A stretch of 64,000 bases of DNA from Armatimonadota bacterium (GTDB lineage: Bacteria; Armatimonadota; SYMT01), in contig JAWLHY010000012.1 in NCBI GenBank assembly GCA_041690135.1, forward strand, positions 160,001-224,000. The letters are read 5' to 3'. Positions 1 through 10,067 of this stretch are shown here, one piece after another. The notes under the pieces are model-generated. The model was not told the origin of the DNA. It did no database searches and saw only the letters and a program-made list of their open reading frames with translations. The translations under genes were made by a program, and so were the position numbers. How positions within the stretch are numbered: the stretch's first letter is position 1; each line of letters opens with the position of its first letter.

Positions 1-3000
1 ACTGGAGTGTTTCAGCCGTCTCGCGACCCGAGAGCCCTCCGGGCATCACCAGGTCTGTAAGGAGCAGATCGATACTCGCCGCGGAGTCAGTGGTTGCACG
101 CTCTGTGTTCCGGTGCCGATTGGTAGCCAGTTCGACGGCCTCCGGTCCGCTCCCTGCCGAGAGCACGCGATATCCAGCCCCCTTCAGCATCTGCGCGAGG
201 AGCGCCCGAACCGCGGGTTCATCTTCTACCAACAAAACGGTCTCGGAGCCACGCCATACTTCTTCCGGTAGGTCCTGGCTAGCGGGCGCTGGTGTTTCCG
301 CCAGCGCTTTGGGGAACCAGAGGCGAAAGGTGGACCCCCGGCCGGGTGCGCTTTCAACCGTGATGTACCCACCCGACTGCCGCACGATCCCGTACACGGT
401 GGAGAGGCCAAGACCAGTGCCGCGGCCCAACTCCTTCGTGGTGAAGAAGGGCTCCCAAATGTGCTCGAGCACTTCGGGCGGCATCCCGATCCCGGTATCT
501 TCAACCCAGACCTCCACGTAAGAACCACGCGGTAACTGAATCTCACCGGGGGAACGCTCGTCGTGGAGGCGCAGGTTGCGAGCCCCCAGGGTGATACGGC
601 CTCCATTCGGCAGCGCATCCCGGCTGTTGACCACCAGGTTCAGCAGCACCTGCTCTATTTGTCCCGGGTCGGCGCGTATCTCCCCGACATCGGGAGCAAG
701 GCAAGTGTGCAGCTCAATGTCCTCGCCAATCAGCCGGCGAAGCATGCTCTCGATACCCACCAGCAAATCGCGGACGGAGAGGAGCCGAGGTTGAAGTAGC
801 TGCTTCCGGCTGAACGCCAGAAGCTGGCGGGTGAGGCCCGCGGCACGCTCTCCGGCCCGGCCGATTTCGAGCATTCCTTCGCGAGCGAGATGGTCGTGTG
901 GGAGGCGGTCGGCAATGAGGCTGGAGTAGCCGTTGATTACGGCGAGCATGTTGTTGAAGTCGTGAGCTACTCCACCGGCCAGGCGTCCTACGGCTTCCAT
1001 TTTCTGGGCCTGCAGCAACTGCGACTGGAGGCTGTGCCGCTCGCGTACGTCCCGCGCGGTGCCCGTAACACCGACTACCTGCTCTTGTTCGTAAATGAGC
1101 CTACTGCTAACTTCGAGCGGAAGGCGGGTGCCATCGCGGCAGACCACTTCCACCTCATACGTGGTTTGGCCGCCCTTTTGGCCTCCGGAGCCGACGAGTT
1201 TCCTCCGGGTCATCTCACGAGCGACGGCCAGGTACTCGGGGGCAATGAGCTGGTCGGCCGACATCGTCAGGATTTCGGCGCGGGTAAAGCCGGTGAGTTC
1301 TTCACCTTTGCGATTCCAGTCGGTGAACCGACCATCCAGATCGTGGCTATAGACCACGTCATTGGCGTTGTCGAATAGCTCGCGGTACCGCTCTTCGCTA
1401 CAGCGCAGGGCAGCCTCCGCGGAACGACGCGCGGAAATATCCTCGTGCACTCCCACGAAGTGGGTTAAATGACCGGTGGCGCTCAGGACGGGGGCGATGG
1501 AGAGCCGAGCCCAATAGGCGGTTCCGTTCCTCCGGTAGTTCAGGATATCGGTACTCACAGCCTGCCGTTCCCGGACCGCTTCTCGCAACAACCGGCACGC
1601 CTGCGGGTCGGTTTCGGGTCCCTGCAGGAAACGAGGGTTCCGCCCCAGGACCTCCCACCGATCATAGCCAGTTTGCGCGGAGAAGGCCCGGTTGACGTAG
1701 ATGATCGGGTGATCTTCCCGGCGGGCATCGGTGATGAGAATCCCCTGTCCGATGGCTTCTATGGCGCGCTCCCGCAGATGGAGCGTGCTCTCCAGCCAGA
1801 CCTGCTCCGTAAGGTCGGTGGCAAGGCAGAGGATATCTCCCGTGTCGCCAAGCTCGGCAGTCTCTCCAGTCTCTCCAGTCTCTTCCCCTACCCTGCTCTG
1901 CGGTTCTGCCGCCAGGGAAGTGAGCGAGAGGGAGATGGTCACCTGGGTACCATCCTTGCGGTGCGCCGGCAATTCGAGGCCGGAGACGGCACCGCAAGCG
2001 GAGGCCTCCGCCAGGCACGCCGCGAAGGTCTCCGCCTCCGCACCGGAAAACAGTGGAAGCGATTGTCCCTCGATCTCGGCGGCCGACCAACCGAAGAGCT
2101 TCTGCGCAGCGCGGTTCCAGAGGCGGACTGTTCCTTTGGCGGTGAGGGAGAAGATCGCCAGCGGCGAGGCCTGAAACAGGGCGGAGAGAAGGTCGTGCGT
2201 CTGCCGCAACCTGGCCTCGCCGGCAGATCGCTCCAGATGGCGACTAAGACTTTCCGCCACTGTGAGGAATCCCTCCCGATCCGAGGGAGAGAGGGGACGG
2301 CGGGCCAAGAGGGCCACATAGCCGAGTAGTTGCTCCTCCGCGTACAGGGGATAGCCGGCATAGGCGTGGAGGCCCTCCCGAGCGGCCCACTCCCCGTCGA
2401 TGATGGCCGTCTCCGTCTGCACCCGGTCCGAAATACGCGGCGCCCAGCCGGCTTCCGGCGGTAAGAGTAGTGGCTGGGGAAGGCGTTGTTGTTCGGCATC
2501 CCGGTGCCCATGCAATCCCGCGCTCGCCTGGAGGCAGAAGTAGCCGTCGGAGTCCACCGTCCAGACCCGCGCTTGTTCGGCATCGAGATAGCGCACCAGG
2601 AGCTCCGCGCCCTCTTGCAGGGCGTCTGCCGGCAACCGCTTGCGGGCCAGAGCGGTCGCGAGATCAGCACGCAGGGCCAGGAGACGGGCTCTCTGTTCGG
2701 AATGGCGGATGCGCAGGAGCGCTCGCACATGGGCGACCAACTCCTCCGGCTCTACCGGGGTTATCAGGTAGGCATCCGCCCCGCCCTGGAGGCCTTCCAC
2801 GCGATCCGCGGTGCGCGTGAAGGCAGCGGAGTACATGAGGACCAGTGGGGGCGCTACCGCCGGCAGTGCCTTGAGGCGGGCGCACACCGCATGCCCAGTG
2901 AGATCCGGAAGCTGGACATCGAGCAGTACCAGGTCGGGCTGTACCTGCCATGCCAACTCCAAACCCGCCTCGCCGGAACGGGCTTCCAGGACTTGAAATC

Positions 3001-3085
3001 CGGCCCGTTCGAGGATTCGCCGCTGCCAATAACGGCTGGCATCCTCATCATCGATCAAAAGGATCGGCGGTCCCAGTTCAGCCAT
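1..3085 (-). CDS. Hybrid sensor histidine kinase/response regulator (REC-GAF-PAS-PAS-HisKA-HATPase-REC); runs off the left edge
   Basis: Manual translation from ATG at 3085: [18 protein letters not shown]...[12 protein letters not shown] (REC); later [15 protein letters not shown] (H-box), [14 protein letters not shown] (HATPase) and ETVLLVEDE (REC). Absent from the ORF track because there is no stop in the window. Confidence 0.93.
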   Translation of the reverse strand, partial: MAELGPPILLIDDEDASRYWQRRILERAGFQVLEARSGEAGLELAWQVQPDLVLLDVQLPDLTGHAVCARLKALPAVAPPLVLMYSAAFTRTADRVEGLQGGADAYLITPVEPEELVAHVRALLRIRHSEQRARLLALRADLATALARKRLPADALQEGAELLVRYLDAEQARVWTVDSDGYFCLQASAGLHGHRDAEQQRLPQPLLLPPEAGWAPRISDRVQTETAIIDGEWAAREGLHAYAGYPLYAEEQLLGYVALLARRPLSPSDREGFLTVAESLSRHLERSAGEARLRQTHDLLSALFQASPLAIFSLTAKGTVRLWNRAAQKLFGWSAAEIEGQSLPLFSGAEAETFAACLAEASACGAVSGLELPAHRKDGTQVTISLSLTSLAAEPQSRVGEETGETGETAELGDTGDILCLATDLTEQVWLESTLHLRERAIEAIGQGILITDARREDHPIIYVNRAFSAQTGYDRWEVLGRNPRFLQGPETDPQACRLLREAVRERQAVSTDILNYRRNGTAYWARLSIAPVLSATGHLTHFVGVHEDISARRSAEAALRCSEERYRELFDNANDVVYSHDLDGRFTDWNRKGEELTGFTRAEILTMSADQLIAPEYLAVAREMTRRKLVGSGGQKGGQTTYEVEVVCRDGTRLPLEVSSRLIYEQEQVVGVTGTARDVRERHSLQSQLLQAQKMEAVGRLAGGVAHDFNNMLAVINGYSSLIADRLPHDHLAREGMLEIGRAGERAAGLTRQLLAFSRKQLLQPRLLSVRDLLVGIESMLRRLIGEDIELHTCLAPDVGEIRADPGQIEQVLLNLVVNSRDALPNGGRITLGARNLRLHDERSPGEIQLPRGSYVEVWVEDTGIGMPPEVLEHIWEPFFTTKELGRGTGLGLSTVYGIVRQSGGYITVESAPGRGSTFRLWFPKALAETPAPASQDLPEEVWRGSETVLLVEDEPAVRALLAQMLKGAGYRVLSAGSGPEAVELATNRHRNTERATTDSAASIDLLLTDLVMPGGLSGRETAETLQ

Positions 3086-3350
3086 CCACTACCCCTACTC
3101 CTATCCCCCCAGAAGAAGATGACCGGAGGGGTGGGATATTGGTCGTTATAGCAGCAACCAGCAGGCAAATACAGCGAGAGGTAAACCACCAGGTCGGCAC
3201 TTAAAGATAACTTTTGTTTGAAATTGGGGTTGAGATTCGGACGGCTTCGGACTATTAGCGTGGTGGGAAAAGGCACTGGATAACGGCCGGCCGGACTGAC
3301 GGCTACCGCGTGGTCGTTAGCCGCCAAGAGCCTGGTGAAAGGAGAAGTGA

Positions 3351-3713
3351 ATGGAGCACAGCAAACAAATCGGTCAGCTCACAGCGGCATTGGGGATGGT
3401 TCAGGTTGAACTCGTGTACTCCGCGGGCGGAGATGACCCCTTTGAGCATGCTGGCGCGAGCGAGTTAGCCACGGTACTGCGAAGGGTAACCCCCGCGTTG
3501 AACCGGTACGGCCTGGCGGTAGTGCAGGGATTCGAGCCGGCGCCGGAGCGATACCTGAAGCTCGCTACCATGGTGATGCACCGGTCCGGGCAGTGGCTGC
3601 GTAGCACCGCGTTGACTCCCCTGGCGGAGGAGACAGTTGACGCGTTCGGCGCGGCGGCAACGGAGGCGCGGTGCCTGGGGTTGCTGACGGCCCTGGGAAT
3701 CTCGGACTGGTGA
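3351..3713 (+). CDS. ERF-family ssDNA-annealing protein, short and degenerate
   Basis: Follows the ERF pattern (L..AL...Q; P.L...GL.VVQ; T...H.SG.W..S), but the usual GSA.TYARRY motif reads GAAATEARCL and the protein ends at 120 aa. Confidence 0.7.
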   Translation: MEHSKQIGQLTAALGMVQVELVYSAGGDDPFEHAGASELATVLRRVTPALNRYGLAVVQGFEPAPERYLKLATMVMHRSGQWLRSTALTPLAEETVDAFGAAATEARCLGLLTALGISDW

Positions 3714-3801
3714 GGGGTGAGTGGTGAGGGGAGGGCGGATCACGATCACGACTGCGATTCCGATTGGGATGGGTGTTCAGGGCAGGAAGGGAGGGGAACG
3801 G

Positions 3802-4242
3802 ATGAAGGGATGTGCGGGAAGAGGTGAAAGCCTGGGAGCGGGAGACGAGTGGGTGCGGACGGCGGATGGTCGCGGCAAGGGGCGGGAGCGGCAGGGCCAA
3901 AGCGGGGCGGGGCTGACGGCGCGGCAGGCGGAGGTGTTACGCGTACTGAGAGAGCACGTGCGGCTACACGGATGCGCGCCGACGATGCGCGAGATGATGG
4001 AAACACTCCAGGTGCGTTCCACGTGCACGGTGGCCCGGATGCTGGAGACGCTGCGCCGGAAGGGCTTTCTCAAGCAGACCCGGGCCTATGCGTACCGGAG
4101 TTACTGGCCGGCGGACCTGCCGACGTACGCGGAGTTGCTGGCCGAGCTAGAAGTCCTGCGATCCGGAGCCCGGGTTGGCGAATTGTCCGATCGGAGCGAG
4201 GGAGAGGCCAACATACGAGGCAGCCGGAATCAGGGGGGCTAG
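3802..4242 (+). CDS. LexA-type winged-HTH DNA-binding protein without peptidase domain
   Basis: LTARQAEVL..L.....G.APTMRE.......S..TV...L..L.RKG.L matches the LexA N-terminal domain; start uncertain. Confidence 0.75.
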   Translation: MKGCAGRGESLGAGDEWVRTADGRGKGRERQGQSGAGLTARQAEVLRVLREHVRLHGCAPTMREMMETLQVRSTCTVARMLETLRRKGFLKQTRAYAYRSYWPADLPTYAELLAELEVLRSGARVGELSDRSEGEANIRGSRNQGG

Positions 4243-4294
4243 CGCGGTGAATTACTTTTTACCGCTACAAACGGACCAAGTGCGAGATGTGAAT

Positions 4295-4582
4295 ATGAGA
4301 GAAGCGATTGAGGGTGTGAGGAAGGGCTGTCGCCGGGAGGAAGCACCGAACGTGGAGAATGCAAGAGCCGTCGTGCGGCTACGAGAGGCGATCCACGTGT
4401 CGCAGGTGGAACTTGCCCAGCAGGCGTCCCTGTCACGAATGACACTGGCGCGTATCGAAAGCGGAGAGCGATCCATTTCGGCGCAGGAGTGGCGTGCGTT
4501 GTTGAAGGCTCTGGATGGGTTGAATCGTCGCCGGCAGCGGGAGTTTGCCCAGGTGCTGCGGGAGGTAGGGAGTTCGATCTAG
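4295..4582 (+). CDS. XRE-family HTH regulator
   Basis: LREAIHVSQVELAQQASLSRMTLARIESGER. Confidence 0.8.
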   Translation: MREAIEGVRKGCRREEAPNVENARAVVRLREAIHVSQVELAQQASLSRMTLARIESGERSISAQEWRALLKALDGLNRRRQREFAQVLREVGSSI

Positions 4583-4884
4583 TACGGCACAATGGCCTCG
4601 CAGATTCCACTTCGCTCTCGCGGGGTACCGGAGCCGCACTCCACACGGCACGACAGGTGCAAGACCACAGCCAGGCGGAGGCGGGCTGGTGGTGCCGGAC
4701 GTGCAGGAACGGGTTGGCGCGGTCCGGGTTTGGGGCGAAGGGGCAGAGGGTAAGGGAGGGCTGTCTGGCGAAGAAGCACGGCCGCCCTGCAAAGGTGGCC
4801 GTGAGGAGAACCGTGGCCGCCTCTACCGGAGATTGGGTGGAGGCGGTGTTTTCTTGTACGTCGGACGAGGAGCGTTCTGCAAAG

Positions 4885-5150
4885 GGTGGTTGTAGGTTTG
4901 CACGTTGGAAAGTTTGCAGGTTGGAAGGTTGGGGATCCTGGGGTCTGCAATGGGTACGGTTTGGCGTGAGATGGGAGCTGAGTTGGCAGCCCCCCTCGGG
5001 GGCCAGGGGTTGGCAGGTTGGCAGGTTGACAGGTTGCAGGTTGGAGGTTGAAAGTTGAAGTCCCCTCGGGGGCCAGGGGTTGGCAGGTGGAAGGTGGAAG
5101 GTTGGTAGGTTGAAGGTTGAACCTGACGTGGGGGGCAGGGGTTAGGGATG
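4885..5150. repeat. Low-complexity AGGTTG-type repeats with two copies of ccccctcgggggccaggggttggcaggt
   Basis: Read directly; copies at ~4990 and ~5062, between convergent genes. Confidence 0.75.
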
Positions 5151-8100
5151 TGGGGTTTCGGCTTTGGAAGGGTGCTCTGGGGTGGGGTGGTGGGGTTGAG
5201 GGTGGGGGCAGTAGCGGGCGAGGGTGTGGAGGAGCTGGGGTAGGTCGATCGGTTTGGGGAGGCACTCCGTGGCGCCGAGCTTCAGCATCTGCTCCCGGCA
5301 GTGCTCCGCGGCGGTGATGACGATGACCGGCACCTGGGAGAGGGCGATGTCTTCCTGGCGCTCGCCGAGGAAGGTCCAACCATTCATCACCGGCATCATC
5401 AAGTCCAGGAGGATGACGGCGGGCGGTGGGCTCGTGCGCAGGTAGTTGAGGGCGACCTGACCATCGGACGCGGGGACGACACGGTAGCCCTTCTCGCGCA
5501 GTACTTCCGCCAGGCTTTCCCGGACGTCGGGGCTGTCTTCCACGAGGAGGAGGCAGGCGGGAGGCGTGGTCTCGGACGGCGCTTCGGAGGGTGAGTTATC
5601 CCCAAGCGTATCTCCGGCCGACGCTGCTCCGAGGAGCCGGACCAGATGATCGGGTTCCACGGGCTTGACCAGGTGGTGGTCGAACCCCGCTTCTCGGGTG
5701 CGGAGGGTGTCCTCCGCCTGCCCGTAGCCGCTCACCGCGATCAGTTGGAGCCCGGCCGTGGCCGGGTCGCGGCGGAGAACTGCGGCGACATCGTAGCCAC
5801 TGATGCCGGGCAGGCCGATATCGCACAGCACCACGTCGGGACGAAAGCTCCGGACCAACTCGAGGCCGCGCTCGCCGTCCAGGGCGACCTCCGACTCGTG
5901 CCCCAGCAGCTCCAGAAGATCCAGAAGCGTTTCCGCGGTGTCGCGGTTATCTTCGATCACCAGCACGCGGCGACGGCGCGCAACGGCAGGTGTTTTCATC
6001 CCCGTACCGGGCGTGGCAGACGTGGCAGGTGCGGGTTCGCGCGGCAGCCGGAGGGTGAACTCGGCACCGCGCCCCGGGCCTTCGCTGGCGGCCCGCACCT
6101 CCCCACCGTGCATCTCCGCGAGGCCCCGGACGAGGGCGAGCCCCAGCCCCAGCCCGCCCTGGCTGCGGGCGAGGGTACGGTCGGCCTGGGAGAAGGCGTG
6201 GAAAAGGCGGGGAAGCATCTCCCGCTCAATGCCGATGCCGGTATCCCGTATGGTGAGAACGGCCCAGTAGTCGTTCTCGGGATGCAGTTTCAGTGTGATC
6301 GTGCCACCGGGGTCGGTGAACTTGAGCGCGTTGTGCAGCAGGTTGCCGATCGCCTGAGCGAGCCGGGTGGGATCGCCTCGTACCCACAGCGGCGCCTCCG
6401 GCAACTCGACTCGGAAGGTGAGCCCGGCCTGTTCCAGCGGGGGCTGGTGGTCTTCCACCACGGATTGCACCAGGGCACGGAAGTCGAGTAACTCGAACCG
6501 CAGCAGCAGTTTGCCTTGGGCGATGCGACTGACGTTCAGGAGATCGTCGATGAGGCGCGCCTCATGCTGTACCTGACGTTTGATCGTATCCACGGCGCGC
6601 CGCAGGCGAGGGTCGGGCAGGTCGGAGAGGGCGAGGACCTGTACGGCGTTGCGGATCGGGGCGAGGGGATTGCGCAATTCGTGGCCCAGCATCGCCAGGA
6701 AGTGGTTCTTGTTTTCGTCCGCCAGGCGCAGATCCCGGAAGAGGCGAGCGTTATCCAGCGCCAGTGCGGCCCGCCGGGCCAACTCCTCCGCCAGGGAGAG
6801 GTCTTCCGGCCCATAGCGGCGGTTCGGGCGGCTCGACACCAGCGTGAGCGCGCCGAGGACCCGCCCGCGGGCCGCGAGTGGTACACAGAGATAGGAGCGA
6901 GGCCCAAGCTGGCGCACGACCTTTTCGTGTTCCGGGTCGCGCGCGATCTCCAGCAGTTTTGTTTCCGGAACCTCCGCCTGCAACAGCGGCCGGCCGGAGC
7001 GGATGACGCGGGCGCTGGGATTTTGGGATTGCAGGTCGGGCGGATAACGTCGCAGCACCGCCGCCAGGCCCTGGTGTTCGTGGGCCTGACTGACCGCCAC
7101 CCGGCGGGGCGGACCCTCCGGTTCGAGCACGTCCACCAGGCACCAGTCGCCGAGAAAAGGGACGACCTGGCGGGCCATTTGCTCCAGGACCGCTTCGTAG
7201 TCCAGCGAACTGGTGAGCACGCGGCTGACTTCCGCCAGGAACTCCAGGCGCCGTTCCGCCGTTTCCGCTCGCTCGCGCGCATGGCGTTCGTCTTCATAGA
7301 CGCGGGACTGATCGAGAGCGAGCGACATCGTTTCGGCGATGAGCTCCAGAAGATGAGCTTCCTCGTCGCTGAAGCGACGCGGCTGGAGACTGCCGAGGGA
7401 GAGGACGCCGATGAGCGCTCCCCGGAGGAGAAGGGGTGCTCCCATCACGGAGATCACGCCCCGCCGACGCCGCACCTCCGTACAAAGATCCCGGGGATCG
7501 ATCCGCTCCCGGCGGAGCAGACGGCGTTCGACAGCGACCTGTCCCGCGAAACCCTGACCGAGGGGAGTCCTCCAACCGAGGTCGTCTTCGGCTTCCAGGC
7601 CCGCGGAAGCGTGGGCCACTAATTCGTCTCCCTCGCAGAGGAGCAGCGTGGCGGTGTCGACCTCCAGCACCTCACAGACGCGGTGCAGCATCTCCTGCTG
7701 GACCTCCGCGAGGGGGAGGTGGCCCAGGGCCGCCTCGGTGACCCGCTGCCGACGCTCGAGCCGGCGCGAAAGGAGCTCCGCTTCCGCACGGGCCGTTTGC
7801 TCGCGGACCAGCAGCCGATCTCGCTCCTCCTCTTCCCGGTGGCGCCCAGAAATGTCCGTGACGGCACCCAGAACGCGCACGACCCGTCCCTGTTTATCCC
7901 GCACTCCGTAGGCCCGATCGGAGACGACCGCATAGGAGCCATCGCGGCGCCGGAAGCGGTACTCCATCGACCAGTTCGGACCTCCCGCGCGGAACCAGGC
8001 GTGGAGCCTCTGGAGGACCCGATCGCGATCCTCGGGGTGGATCCGTTCCTCCCACCAGGCGAACTGCGTGCCGGCTTCAGAGAGCGGGTAGCCGAACACC

Positions 8101-9113
8101 GGCTCCATGGCGCCATCCCACAGCCCACGGTCGGGCACCATGTCCCAGTCGTAGAGGACCTCGTGGGTGGCCTGGGTGACGAGGCGGGTCCGCTCGCGGT
8201 CGCGGCGCCACTGCTGCTCCGTCTGCTGGCGCTGGACGAACTGGCCGATGAGGATGCCGAGCGCGGCCGTGGTGCGCACCAGGTCGTCGTCCGGTTCCTG
8301 GACGACGCGACTGAAGAATTCGACCACGCCGTAGCAGCGATCCCCCAGCGCCAGCGGGAAGGCAAAGACGGCGCGCAAACCCGTTTCCGCCAGCAATTGC
8401 AAACGGCGGAACTCGGTGGCACGGGTGAGGTCCGGGATCCAGCGCGGCCGGCCGGTCGCATAGACCGTACCGATGAGCCCTTCTCCAGGATGGGAGGCGA
8501 GTCCCCGGTTGATCTCATCCACGGAATTACATCCGGCGGAGGGGGAGCGCCAGAAGGCTACGCAGCGGAGCTCTTCCTGGCGGCCCCGGGGCAGCCAGAA
8601 GGCGCCGCAATCCCAGGGGGCGAGGCGAGAGAGCGTTGCCAGCAAAGCCGGAGCGGCCTTGGTCACGGATCGAGCTTCGGCCAGGATCGCGGCGACGGAC
8701 TGGTGCACGCCCCGGCGCAACTCGGCGTGGTACTGGGTGGTGATATCTCGGAAGGTAGCTACCGCCGCGAGAATCTGCCCGGCCGCACCGCGAAGAGGGA
8801 TGACATTCGCCTCGACAACCAGGCGGGTGCCATCCGGCCGCTCCACGACCATCCGGCCATCCCGGATCGGTTCACCGGTGCGCAGCACGGCGGCCATAGG
8901 GCAATCGGCGTGCGGGATGAGTTTGCCGTCCAGGTCATAGAGGCGCACCGAACCGCAGTAGACCTCCGCCGTGTCGCCCAATTGCGGCTCCCGACCCCAG
9001 AGTTCGACCGCCCGGCGGTTGAACCGCAATAGGCGACCCGACGGCGCCTCGCAGAGGTAGGCCGCCACGGGAAGGAGATCGATGAGCTGGCTGTCCAGGT
9101 CGGTCAGTCGCAT
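5142..9113 (-). CDS. Hybrid sensor histidine kinase (PAS-GAF-PAS-GAF-GAF-HisKA-HATPase-REC-REC)
   Basis: FLAMLGHELRNPLAPI, NLLHNALKFT, DTGIGI, GGLGLGL, and two receiver domains (VLVIEDN..., LLLVEDS...LLDLMMP). Confidence 0.96.
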   Translation of the reverse strand: MRLTDLDSQLIDLLPVAAYLCEAPSGRLLRFNRRAVELWGREPQLGDTAEVYCGSVRLYDLDGKLIPHADCPMAAVLRTGEPIRDGRMVVERPDGTRLVVEANVIPLRGAAGQILAAVATFRDITTQYHAELRRGVHQSVAAILAEARSVTKAAPALLATLSRLAPWDCGAFWLPRGRQEELRCVAFWRSPSAGCNSVDEINRGLASHPGEGLIGTVYATGRPRWIPDLTRATEFRRLQLLAETGLRAVFAFPLALGDRCYGVVEFFSRVVQEPDDDLVRTTAALGILIGQFVQRQQTEQQWRRDRERTRLVTQATHEVLYDWDMVPDRGLWDGAMEPVFGYPLSEAGTQFAWWEERIHPEDRDRVLQRLHAWFRAGGPNWSMEYRFRRRDGSYAVVSDRAYGVRDKQGRVVRVLGAVTDISGRHREEEERDRLLVREQTARAEAELLSRRLERRQRVTEAALGHLPLAEVQQEMLHRVCEVLEVDTATLLLCEGDELVAHASAGLEAEDDLGWRTPLGQGFAGQVAVERRLLRRERIDPRDLCTEVRRRRGVISVMGAPLLLRGALIGVLSLGSLQPRRFSDEEAHLLELIAETMSLALDQSRVYEDERHARERAETAERRLEFLAEVSRVLTSSLDYEAVLEQMARQVVPFLGDWCLVDVLEPEGPPRRVAVSQAHEHQGLAAVLRRYPPDLQSQNPSARVIRSGRPLLQAEVPETKLLEIARDPEHEKVVRQLGPRSYLCVPLAARGRVLGALTLVSSRPNRRYGPEDLSLAEELARRAALALDNARLFRDLRLADENKNHFLAMLGHELRNPLAPIRNAVQVLALSDLPDPRLRRAVDTIKRQVQHEARLIDDLLNVSRIAQGKLLLRFELLDFRALVQSVVEDHQPPLEQAGLTFRVELPEAPLWVRGDPTRLAQAIGNLLHNALKFTDPGGTITLKLHPENDYWAVLTIRDTGIGIEREMLPRLFHAFSQADRTLARSQGGLGLGLALVRGLAEMHGGEVRAASEGPGRGAEFTLRLPREPAPATSATPGTGMKTPAVARRRRVLVIEDNRDTAETLLDLLELLGHESEVALDGERGLELVRSFRPDVVLCDIGLPGISGYDVAAVLRRDPATAGLQLIAVSGYGQAEDTLRTREAGFDHHLVKPVEPDHLVRLLGAASAGDTLGDNSPSEAPSETTPPACLLLVEDSPDVRESLAEVLREKGYRVVPASDGQVALNYLRTSPPPAVILLDLMMPVMNGWTFLGERQEDIALSQVPVIVITAAEHCREQMLKLGATECLPKPIDLPQLLHTLARYCPHPQPHHPTPEHPSKAETPHP

Positions 9114-9269
9114 GGGGTGTCCGCCATAGGTCTCCGTCCTCGGTCTCGAGACGCACGCGCGCGCCGCTTCTTTTTACAGGCTACCCCGGAGGTGGGGTTC
9201 GCCACCCTGGCAGTTCCGTCCCGGGCCGCTTTCCACAGGACCTGGTTCAGGGCGTAGCCGGCCGGGGGG

Positions 9270-9445
9270 AGCGGGTTGGGCAGAAACTGCCCAAAGAGGG
9301 GCCTCTCGATGGCTAAATTCGCGCTGGTCGGACTATCTACCCAGCGGGAGGACCGCATCGCTCCCTGAGTCACGGCAGGGTCAGGGCTTTGTACCGCTGG
9401 TGAGACGTCGCGCTCACTGACCGTGACACAGGCAGCGGTGTTTTT
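9270..9445 (+). promoter_or_regulatory. Conserved leader element, copy 1 (operator-like palindrome, promoter-like segment, structured RNA/terminator)
   Basis: Aligns with 14503-14588 + 15223-15315 and with 34863-35045; contains the palindrome ttgggcag-aaa-ctgcccaa. Confidence 0.8.
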
Positions 9446-10067
9446 GCGTTGCCGGCCGCTGAGAAGGGGCCAAATCTCTCGCAGACCCATACGGGTCCGA
9501 ATTGGAGCCGCCAAGACGCAAAGGAAGACGCATAAGGTGAGGAAAGTGCGGCCGGAGGGGCGTCCCTTCGACCGCTGTTTTTGTCTCTGAAGAGACGCCT
9601 GATGATCCGGAAATCGGAGGGGCAGGGCGGGCTGCGGAGCCTTCGCAGCCCGCCCTACCCGTCTCAGAGCCTGTCTAAGAAATGGAGGAGCGGCCTGCAA
9701 CTGGCTGCGAGCCGGGCATGCGTTGTCGGGCCGCCAGGCACGGTCATGCTTCGAGAACGAGCCCGGCGTCCCTCCTAGCCTGCCCGGCTCTCGCTCAGTT
9801 TCGGCTTCGCTCCCATTCTTAGACAGGCTCTCAGGTTCTTATCGGGGTGGCGACCCACCCCCAGGAAGCACGCCAGATCTACGCTCTCGGGGAGTCGGGA
9901 CAACTCTGGCGGTAAGGAGCAGCGCAGTGGCATCAGGAAGGAAGACAAACACCATTGACTGGCCCGCTTGGACCAGCGCCCCTCGGATTCGGCCCACCGG
10001 CGGAGCCAGTCATCCGCAGCACCGGACCCCAGAGCGGCCCGGTGCGACCTCTGCGAGGGGACCCGTG

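Noticed and set aside
4489-5058. ORF with a CxxC (WWCRTC), possible zinc-finger remnant
   Set aside because: Overlaps the XRE gene, runs into low-complexity repeats and has no clear start.
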